DNA of 64,000 nucleotides, taken from the NCBI GenBank assembly GCA_047495785.1, contig JBLDXI010000019.1, forward strand, positions 1,860,001-1,924,000. The letters are read 5' to 3'. The notes beneath the pieces are model-generated. The model did no database searches. It was not told the origin of the DNA and saw nothing but the letters and a program-made list of their open reading frames with translations. Every line of letters starts with the position of its first letter. The first letter of the stretch is position 1. The position numbers and the translations under genes were made by a program. Below, piece by piece: positions 12,156 to 22,360 of the stretch. The DNA is from Lepidodermella squamata. Lineage: Eukaryota > Animalia > Gastrotricha.

Positions 12156-13960
12156 ATTATTCCTTAGAGAAGAAATTAAAGGCAGGATGCCATATGGGGG
12201 TTTTTTATGCTCTTGGAGATCTTCTATTTAATTATGGATGACTTTATTTTCAGCTCATCGTTATTGATGCATAGATGCGTGATACACACCCTTAGGCGTT
12301 TTTTCTTTTGAAAAGTTCGAAAACGGCCGAAAGAAGGTCTCATCGATCTTCCTGAACACAAAAGATTGGCTTTCAAAACAATGGCGTGACTATTTGTTTA
12401 ATTTAATCACCTGTTTCTCATAAAACTTTAAGGAACATTACAGAATACAAAAATGCCAAAATATTTAACAATAAAAGAATTAATGCACCAAAGCGGGAAG
12501 CGCCAGGCAAATGGAAACAAAGTGGTCAATCGATATTCGCGAACCAATCGACCGGCTGCGACGAACTGCAAGGGGTTCCTCATCGGCTGGCACAGTTTCA
12601 ATTGTCCAGGAAAAACTCAACGCTTCCTCCTTAGAGATCAGATTCCAGAGAAAACTCTCTGCAAAAAGTCGAAATGCATTTTTTCATTAAGGAGGAATTT
12701 CATAGATAAAAATACTGAAGATATGACAGTATAGCAATTATTTCAAAAATTAATTAAAAATAAACATCATCCTCCAAAAAATTACGAGAGAATTATAGCT
12801 TCTTACTTGACTTTTTGACACCTGCTGATAAAATTTGCTGGCAGCAGTTCAAATACCCTAAATAATAGCTCATTTCGGTTGCTTTATTCTGTAAAGTTGA
12901 AAAATCGGCGTGACTACCTATTAGCCTATTAGTAGATGTGGGGTGTTGGTTTCAATTTTGCCATTTTCCGTCGCTGAAAAGACATTTTCAGAAGATATTC
13001 AGCAGCTCTGATGGAAAGTTCGCGACTTAGCTTGAGGTTTTGTGCGGCTGGCGACGTGGAAGGCTGAGGTGACCCATTCCGCCGTTATAAAGACATTATC
13101 CTACGGAGCGAAGAAAAACCCCTGTTGCCATGCGTTGGCTTTGGCTCACGAGCCAAGATTAATCGCCATCGATCCGCGGCATCATTCTGTTCCTCTAGCG
13201 GTTAGAACGATGTCCCAAGCCCGGTCGTCGCCGAAGATTGGTTGGAGCTTTGGAGTATGAGACATCGAACAGGCAGGAACAACTAGGCCTGTTGAGTAAC
13301 CTGAGTTTGGCAAAAAGGCAGCTCTATTCGAGGAGGTAGTTGTGGGTTACAAGTTATACAAGCATGCGAAGCGCGGGCGGTGTCAAAACCTATTTTTCCT
13401 GTATGTCGTGTGACCCGAAGCTAACTTTCCAGTTATCGAAGCTGAAGTGAAAGCTGTGCCCCAGTTCGTGGTGGCAAGAGGCGTGGTTCATTGTTCCGTC
13501 ATCGAAAAGACATTATTCGAGGAAAAAGATATTGAGAGTGGAAATATGTAATTTCGCATGAAAAGAGATATTTTTATTATTCCGATAGATTCCGACGGTA
13601 GAAGATATTTTGTTCCGTGTAATAGAGACATTGTTCCGATAGAAACATCTTAGGCCTAAACAGCGAGACAAAAGGGAGGGCGTACAACCTATAGGACAGG
13701 GGTAATCCCCGTAAAATTCCCAATTTCTTTATTCGAAAGTTTATTGTCGAAACATATACAGTTGCCTGAATCACTCAAAGAAAAATCTCAAAAGAAAATT
13801 CCTATAGGCCAAAAAATTTCGACAATTCAGCCACATAATTGCTTCTAGTCCGCTTGTTTTCTGTCATTTTGCTCTCAATATTGGCTTTTTCAGCCCGCCG
13901 CTGTCGGGGCAATGTCTCATATTATTATCAACGCATCTCGCAAAAATAACAATGTCACAA

Positions 13961-16209
13961 TCAAATAGGCCGTTGATATGGAAACATGAGATAGTCACCG
14001 GAGTAAAGACGATCAACCACTCGTCTCAATAAATGACTATTATAAGTAACAGTCGACAAAAATGGCACATCGTGCTGTTTGTGACTCGGTCTAGGCAGAC
14101 GCGGGACTGTTTTGCGGCCTGTGGCACGCCGCGCAAAGTGTTCCAGCTCGCAGTTGAAGTTTTCGAATAAGCCAATAAAGTCGTAATCGATAGCGCAAAA
14201 GTGACAGATGTGCAACTGCGATCGCCAATGAATGTTAAGGTCGCGCGGTGAATTTTCCTCGTCCAGTAGGAACTGCAAAAATTCGTCGAATGTAACAGGT
14301 AAACCGGCATCTATTTCATCCTCTGTAGCATTTACGCGATAATCGTATATTATATTGCTTCCAATTATCTACATGAACACAATTGATTAAATCGATGGAT
14401 GGACTTGAACATAAACCGAAAATACCTATTAATTATTCACAAAATTTTAGTTAAATTCTACGACATCCGTACCGTAACGTGTGGTGATTGTGGACACGGT
14501 AACTTTGGACACTTTCGGCTTTGCAGGTGTTTAGCTTTTCAGGGTTAAATCATGAGGGGTTTTGCATAAAATTTTCCGTCTCTTCAGCTTTCGTTTGAAA
14601 TAAAAACCAAGACGATTGGAGCTGAAATCGGATTTCAGAAAAAGTTACAAGCTGTTAAACTTTGAGTGCCGTTTTGGGACCCCCTTTCTATCTTTCTAAT
14701 AATCGATCAGTTTTCAATAAAAGTTGGCATGAGTATTCTCCTATCTTTACTCTCCCTATAATCGAAGAAAAAATGGCAATCCGTGGCGCGTTTTAGCAGG
14801 GCATTTACCTGAAAAACAGGTGAAAAGTGGGGTAATTTTGGACACTTTTGGACGGTTTAATTATGCGGCTGCGCAGAAACGTATTTTTATTGAACTTCCG
14901 AGAAACAGATGATGCGCCGTCTGTTCATAATTTTTTTCGAAATCTGACCCAAATCTGACGAAATCTGACGAAATCTGATCAAGGTTAAATGAAAAACCAT
15001 GAAAAACAGATAATTCACAATGAAATGGCAATGAAATTGCATATGCAAATGGGTGTCCAAAATTACCCTACTCTAATTGTCCACAGTTACTGGAACAAAT
15101 TTCAATATGCCAGAAGTCAGGTAAAATTCTCGAAATTCTGAAAATTTTGAGAAAATTCAAGAATCACCGTCCCCACCTTTGGTGAAAATTTCAAAAATTT
15201 GGGAGTAAAGGCTGATTTTATTTAATGTTCGAAAAACACGTTTTGTTCAAAGATACACGTCGTTACGGTACTTCCCAGCAGACTTTTTCCAAGAATTTTA
15301 AATTCGAAATACAAAGTAAACTCTGATTTTTCGAATCCGAAGAAGTTCAATAACGAAATTTCATTATCTAGAAATGAATTCCCAGTAATTCAAAGATTAA
15401 AGTTGCTTTTACCCTGTAAAGACGTGTGACAATGCCATCCGACTCGGTTGTAGACAATTTTTCGCGCCACGCTGATATCATCCGATCGACAGGTTCTCGA
15501 AGAAACGCGAATTTAGTGTATTCAGCCAATATCTTCTTTGCTTCTTCTGGCTCAAATTCTGACAGGCGTCGTACATGCGGCATAGATTCAAACAAGTGAA
15601 TTTTCATCATCTCAGTTCGATTGTAGTCGTACGTTTCCAAGTCTGGATGTTCGCTAAGATGCTTGATGTAGTGGCGAACGTTTGTATTGCCATTTTTCGG
15701 GGTGCTGAAACTTTTAGAGAAATAAAATAAAAAAGCCATTTTTTAAATAAGAGGTCTTACCCGCAATAAACGAGTTTGTATTTTTCGTTAACAAATATTT
15801 CAGTCCACCAAAGCGAAAAATCACTTTTGGATAATGGGATAAGGAGAAATTTCGAATAAAAAGTAATATGACCAGCAGACCTGTACCAATGATTGCGATT
15901 TTCCCGAAAATTCACCCAATCAAGACTTCTGTGAGGCGGGTTCGGCCTGCTTGCTATCAAGTCGCAAATTTCACGGATTCTAAGTCGCCTCAGCTGATTC
16001 TCTTCAGCTATTTTCGCGTCACTCTATAGACGGATTAAAATATTTGCAAATATCGCTGAGTCATTTACCTGGCAAGCGGGGTGATCACTAGCCGGTATAA
16101 ATCGAAATCTGAAATTGTACCAAACCCGCAGGACGGTACAGCATAACAAGGATAAACAGCAAATAATTTTCAATTTTAAGGTGGAGCGACGCATGAGAAG
16201 TACTAACAT
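13961..16209 (-). CDS. Carbohydrate (chondroitin/HNK-1-type) sulfotransferase, Sulfotransfer_2 family, ~4 exons
   Basis: Type II TM anchor; 5'-PSB motif YC..PKNGNT; 3'-PB motif FLREPVDRMISAW; HW..Q..ICHFCAIDYDFIG..E; C-terminal LY..DYLMFPY. Confidence 0.85.
14470..15270. mobile_element. ~800 bp non-autonomous TIR element (MITE; TA-flanked CCGT termini, pogo/Tc2-like) in a sulfotransferase intron
   Basis: Left end TACCGTAACG, right end CGTTACGGTA. Internal inverted motifs GGGTAATTTTGGACAC (~14830) and GTGTCCAAAATTACCC (~15053). A 10-bp tandem repeat AAATCTGACG x4 at ~14940. Confidence 0.65.
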
Positions 16210-16477
16210 AGATGGCCGAGAGAACAATGCAGAATGCGTAGAAGAATAATGAATGTGATAATAAATAGGAATGACAAAAATAACACCTGATTAAATGCCG
16301 ACAATACTCATCGCAGGAAAAACAAACAGATGATTAGAGCCGTGAACGTTCAAAATCCCCTTCTCATTGGGTATGGCTATTTCGGGAAAATGAAAATGCA
16401 GAATATCTTTTGGCGAAACCAAACTTGCTATTGGCGGAACCAAATTGTGGAGTTTTCTAGTTGAATGAAATCACTCA

Positions 16478-17188
16478 CCGTCGTTTGGGGCGAGTTGGGC
16501 AGTGAAAAAAATCACCTCTGATTTTATTGCATATTTACACGTTTCCAAGAGTTCGTTTGCTCATTTTTCGTTTTGCTCTAATTTCGATTGCTCTCATATC
16601 GTTGCTCAAAAGCCCTTGCTCAATTTTCGTTTGCTCAATTGGCATAGAACCGATGGTTCGACGCCAAATCGCAACATTTTTATTTGCTCTTTTTTACTTT
16701 ATTTTTATTTATTTATTAATTATTTATTAATAAAATGTTCAAATAATTTTTTTAATATTCCTGGCTTTCCTCCTGACTGTACTTTGTGGTCGAAGGACGT
16801 TTAAAAGGCTCTCACAATTAAATAGACTAATTAAACCAAAAGACCAATTCGCCCCCGTATATAATTTTTCCATGGCGCAATTTGGGCGGAATTACCAGGC
16901 CATGCCTGTGCATCGCGGTTTTTTTCCTAGTAATCACCAAAGGAAATGGTCGAAGGAAAACAGGTCATATGGGTTGTTTTTACCCGCCTAAACTTACCTG
17001 TAAATACTGGCTCATTTTGGGACATAACTGGCTGACAGTTTTTACAGATCGCCCAAAGTCTGTTGAAGATCATCTGCACAAAATTTTTCAGAGATCTGAC
17101 TATTACAGTCTATGAGCTATTAAAAGTAATGTGATGACATCAAGTTTCGTCAAATCGCCCCAAGTGCCCATTTCACCCCAAACGACGG
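16478..17188. mobile_element. ~710 bp MITE with ~25 bp TIRs (CCGTCGTTTGGGG...)
   Basis: Left end CCGTCGTTTGGGGCGAGTTGGGCA versus reverse complement of the right end CCGTCGTTTGGGGTGAAATGGGCA. Right flank is TA, left flank is CA. Confidence 0.75.
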
Positions 17189-17912
17189 TATTTCTTGCGG
17201 GTCAAGATTGCGACCACATCAATTCAAAAACAACCAATAACCAATAAATTCAGCGTAACATTCTCTATAGGACAGAGTGTTCAATGCAGAACTCATCTAA
17301 AAGGTATTCTGCATACCTATTCATTTTCCCAAAATAACCAGCATACCAAATGAAAATCTTAATCCACATCGATTCCTTTATTCTGTAAAGTTTACAAGTC
17401 GGCTTGACTATATATTAGCTGTTAAATGTTATGTACCAATGCCTTGGAATGGCTTCATCCCATCATTTGTATTGACAAGGCCGTGCAGTCTTGACAGTAC
17501 TTGTAATAGCATGTCTCCGCAAATAAACCATCATCCGCCTTAATCGCTGGACGAGAACCTTGGCCAGACTCCGGGCAACATCGCCGCCGACCAGTTCGCC
17601 TCGAATATATCAAACAAATCCAATAATTGATGGTCGAAACAATTATCATTATTATTTAAAATGATTTTTTTCCTCAAGATAATGGAATAAATGTTTGAGC
17701 TTCACGTACCACACAAACCAGAATAGCGATTATAATCCGGAGTATTTTTTGCGCGAAGCAATATTTACTCAGGCGTGACCTGGCAGAGTTCCTTTGTTAC
17801 TTCACGCGCCACCGAGGAAAAAACCCCAAAAAAAACTTCACAAGTCTTAGTTAGACATGAAAAATCCTGAGAAGATAATTTACTTAACGAAACAGAATGA
17901 ATAACAAAACTA

Positions 17913-20900
17913 TTATCCCTCGTGAATACTAGGGTTGAAATGTTCGGAATTCGTCTGAAACTGGCCGAAAAACGTTTCATGCTCGCCGTGATCCGGAGCT
18001 GCGTCCTCAACTGGAACCTGTTCAATAACCGGCCCAGGGCCAGCCGTCATCGTGCCGTTATGGCCATGCCGTCTATGCAGGCTCATCGGCATGATGAATA
18101 GATAAAATCCGATAAAAGTCACTGTAAATGCGAAAAATAGCCAAAATGCGAGTCGATCTATGACGAAGGCTATCATGCGCCACTCGGCGATGACGAGATC
18201 CGTCATTTTAGTCGACTCCTCGCGCTTCGACATGTAGCCGATTGATTTCAGCAAATGGCGAATCAAATCGCGCTCCAGTCGCGATTTTTGGTTCGATAGC
18301 AGCGTCTCATTCGAGCAGGCCGAGTTTTTTCTCGCCAATCTACTGTTAGGTCGGATTTGACGGCAGATGGACGCGGCCGGTGAGCTGTTGGCTGATGAAT
18401 TTTCGATGAATTTTTGGCTTCGAACAACATTCGGAGTGTTGCGGTTGTAGGGCGATGGCGGCGGCGCGCGGGCGTTGTAGTTGAAAGCGACTGATGAGCC
18501 GAGGCGAGGCGTGAAATTAGCGTCGCTGTCGCTATTTTCACCGCTTGTTGCGTCGTCTAGCCACGAGTAAATTCGCGGTTTTGATTGGCTGCGTTGCCAG
18601 GCTGAATTTAGGCTCTGGTAAGAAATGCCGTGGTCTCGGTACAAGAATCGCTGGTGGGATTTCGGGGCCAATTCGTCGAGAATACCCTCGATGCCCATGT
18701 AAATACTCTCGCTCTCTGAAAAAAAAATATTAAAGAATTAATTGAGCCCCGAAAACAATTAAAAATGTCCCTAAAATCTAAATAGGATTAATTAAAATTT
18801 TAAAAATTCTTAAGTTTTTAATTCAATTCATTTTTTCAACTTTTTCAAATTTTTTCAAATTATTTTACATGCCGATTGGACACCCTGAGTTCCAGTAATA
18901 GATATATATATGATGACCGATTATGGAGTTTCCATTTAAATCTCAAGTATTTATTATCTTGCCCTAGTAATAAACCTTCTTTTTACACGAATTTTGCCGA
19001 TATCGATTTCTGGTTTCGATAATACAAATCAGTGATTTTTCCGATATTAACAGTCCGATATTAACAGGCTACATTGGAAATTCTCTACATGCCTGAATGT
19101 ACCAGGTACCAGGTAGCTCACAAAACCAAAGATTATCGGGACATTATTATCAATCAAAAAAAGAAAGGTCGAAATCGTGAAAAAAAAATCGGGAATATTT
19201 TCAATAATTTTACCTTGTTGCCGATATTTCTGTTTGGCGTCGGTTGAATCAGCGCTATCCGAATCGAAATCCCTGATGTCAATTTCAGCCACCACGTTTT
19301 GCTCCTCAGCGAATTCTTCGTCCTTTTCGTAGATAATCGACTGAACCATAGCCGATCCGTTAGCCTTGACAATTCGCTGTTGACTCTGATGGCTGCTGGC
19401 ATGGCTTGCTTTCGATTTAGTCGACCCTTTCCGGTCTACTTTGCTTTTTTTGCTACTTTTCGATTTGCGATGCTTTTTACGACCTGATTTTTTTCTCATC
19501 AATTTTTCGAAGCGATCGTTAGCCATTTTAGCGTCGACGCAAATGATGCGCGCAATTATGTCCAGAACTAGGACACGCAGCCAATGCGGCACGGCGACTA
19601 GAATCGGGCTCAGGCCGTAGATGTTGAGGATGAAAACTTGAATGCCAACAACTAGAGCTGTCGTAATGTAACTTGTTGTCAGGTATAAACTGATCAAAGG
19701 CACTGGAAAAAATTGGATAAAATCACGGAAAATGGAAAAAAAATCGAACTCACAAAAATCTGAGGTACGAGGCGTTTTAGCGGCGACCAGAAGTTGGAAG
19801 AGGGTGAAAGTGACGAGAATTGTGATGCCCAAAGCAATTTTCTCACCGGCAGCCGGGTCGAGCCAAAATGTGAGCAAGGTCAAGGCAGTGAGCCAAATCG
19901 TTGGAATAAAAATGTCCAAAACTAGGTCAAATGCGATTTTTGTCACAATTTTTCGAAAATCATAAAAATTTACTATTATTAAATAGAATTCGACGCCTCA
20001 TGCGAATCGATACGTAAATATCGGAGAAAGGATGAGGGCAGCAAGAATGTTGATGGCGAGTTTCCTCGATGCTGGAATCTAACAAGTCCCAAACAGCTGA
20101 TTCCTGGTACTGAGAAAGAACTGGCGTTCGACTATTGCTAACAACCAGTAGCTGGCTCATATCGTAGGACCAACTTCCAAAAATCAGCCTTAAATAAATA
20201 ATTTTGCTAATTTTTATCAATATGAAATGGAAATTTACTTGCAAAGCTGGTCATCGAACGGGTAAAGAGTTAAATCGAGAATGCAGGTAGATCGCAGTTT
20301 GACGTAAGGTCCAACGAAAATCTCGCCAGTATGAGCGACCATAGCTCGAATGTCGCCCGAAATTCGGAAATCATCCGCCGAGTTGTAGAGAACAATGTCG
20401 GGTGACCACACCATTTTCGTCGGCAGGCGCACCATTTCTAAGCCGCTGAAATCAGCCGGCGACCAGGTTAGCCGCTTATCCTTCCAATACTGGGATAAAT
20501 GAATAAAAAAATACGGGAAAAATTAGAAAAAATACAGAAATTAAACCCACCATTTCTAGCCATACTGTTAGCTCTAGGACTTGGCCGATTTCGTCCATTT
20601 TCGAAATGTTGATAATATTGAGGCCAAATACCAGTTCCACAGGCTCCGAAGCATTGTAGACCTAAAGCAGAATTTGAAAATAATTTTTGCACTTCAAAAA
20701 ATTACTGGTCGAAGGTGAGGGTCGTAGTAACGGAAAATGATGTCATTCAACCGCTCTTCATCCGTCAAGGATTGGCGACCAGATAATGAAAAATCCGCCG
20801 CTTCTGGAAAATAAAAAATTATGTAAAAACTGACAATAATCTAGGTCAAACTCACTCGTATATTGAAATAAAATGTAATGAAAAATCAAAATAATTCGAA

Positions 20901-20922
20901 TGCTCAAAACTTTACGTAGCAT
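17913..20922 (-). CDS. Nicotinic acetylcholine receptor alpha-type subunit (Cys-loop LGIC), multi-exon
   Basis: Signal exon MLRKVLSIRIIL; DEERL...Y..HLRP; WSPDIVLYNSAD; Cys loop CILDLTLYPFDDQLC; FGSWSYD; vicinal CC; M2 GEKIALGITILVTF; M4 EWRMIAFVIDRLAFW. Confidence 0.9.
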
Positions 20923-21726
20923 TTGATGGGTTGAATTTTTTGCCACGAAAGTGATTTGTAGTCTTTCATCCTATTATTTTTCTTGCGAGGCCTACCTGAG
21001 CAGCTCTTTGTTGATAACGCTAGCGCCTTGTTGATAGGCTACTTAGAGCCGTGCGCAGATAAACCGAAATTTGCGTAATAAATAGTTACATTTAAAATCG
21101 AATAAGTACTTCCATTAATACTCGCGGATGTATTTATTTACACGCCTCGAGTGATGAGTAGTATTACGCCGCGCTTCGCGGGCTAAAATAACAGCGGGTG
21201 TGTAGAAAATGTGTGGAAAGAGGCGCGCACTATACTCCTCACCTAGGCCGGCGAAACAGGGTGAATTTGCGCAATAGCCGAGCGAGTGATTTCTCCTGCA
21301 TGGACTATACCCCGCTTGTATTAGATTCATAACAAATAACAAATAACAGACTGAACGTTACTTTGTTCCAAGGAAACAATTGCGCGTGAAAAACGGAAAA
21401 TTATGTTTTCATTATTTCTTTTTATTCCGGGATAGAGTTCTTTATGGGAAGAAACTTCAAAAACGAATCAATTGTAAATTGTTGAGGATAAAATCGTAAA
21501 TATAAGCAACCTTTTTTACAAAAATTTACCTGTGACTTTTGTCGATAGATCAAAAGGCCTCAAATAAAAGATAAGGCGATAAAACATATGTTATACAGCC
21601 ACGAAAGCAGTCCATCGTAAATTTTGTCGGAAATTACAACCGATGATGTATGATAGGGATTTGATTCATATTTTTAGCTATCTCTCATGATCATTATAAA
21701 TTGTAGCAGGGTGAAATAAGGAGAAT

Positions 21727-21799
21727 GACTCCGTAGCTCAATTGGCAGAGCGTCTGACTCCAGATCAGAAGGTTGCGTGTTCAAGTCACGTCGGGGTCA
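21727..21799 (+). tRNA. tRNA-Trp (CCA)
   Basis: GACTCCG...CGGGGTC-A acceptor stem; anticodon arm TCTGA-CTCCAGA-TCAGA; GTTCAAGT T-loop; T7 Pol III terminator immediately downstream. Confidence 0.95.
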
Positions 21800-21925
21800 T
21801 AGTTTTTTTGTAGCACGAGATGACTTTATTTTTGTATTATTTTTTTACTTCTAATGTGCTTTAAGTTCGGCTCGAAACTATTGAGACTTTGATTTGTTTT
21901 TAGTTTCATGCCCCCATGTTTCAGG

Positions 21926-22091
21926 GGGTGAGCCGAATCCCGGAGGTACTGCAATACCGGGCCGACTCGTGGACGGGGTCCAGCAAGCTGGCTGCTCCCG
22001 CCCGGCTAGCCAAAAATAGGGCTAATATCGTAGGCCCCACATGGAGGCCGTTGTAGATATTAAACTACAAAGAACAGATACTACACTTTGA
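21926..22091 (-). ncRNA. U2: U2 snRNA, 3' portion (from ~nt 28 to the 3' end), separated from its 5' end by a LINE insertion
   Basis: Reverse complement reads TCAAAGTGTAGTATCTGTTCTT (branch-point recognition GTAGTA), loop IIa TTTAATAT, Sm site ATTTTTGG and stem IV CCCGG-TATTGCAGTACCT-CCGGG, ending in CACCC. Confidence 0.93.
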
Positions 22092-22360
22092 GGAACGAGC
22101 ATCTTTATTAGGAAGTGAAAATATTCGAATACCCGAGGGTAAACCACAAATAACGATGATTCGTGTACATCTAAATGTCGCAAAAAATATATTCGGCGCG
22201 CCGAAATTCCCGCTAATTGCGGGGTGCATAATGGCGTAAGTGCAACACTGGCAGAAAAATTGATGATTAATTATTTACATCAAGGCCTATATTATCACAT
22301 TATTTAGCTATAATTTGAAAACTCTTCTTGACCGGACTTCTTATCAAATTTTCACCATGG

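Noticed and set aside
17455-17649. Short Cys-rich minus-strand ORF downstream of the nAChR
   Set aside because: No supportable splice model or homology.
21115-21342. GC-richer patch possibly encoding another snRNA/snoRNA
   Set aside because: No convincing match to U1/U4/U5/U6/SL motifs; more likely nAChR upstream sequence. An Rfam scan would settle it.
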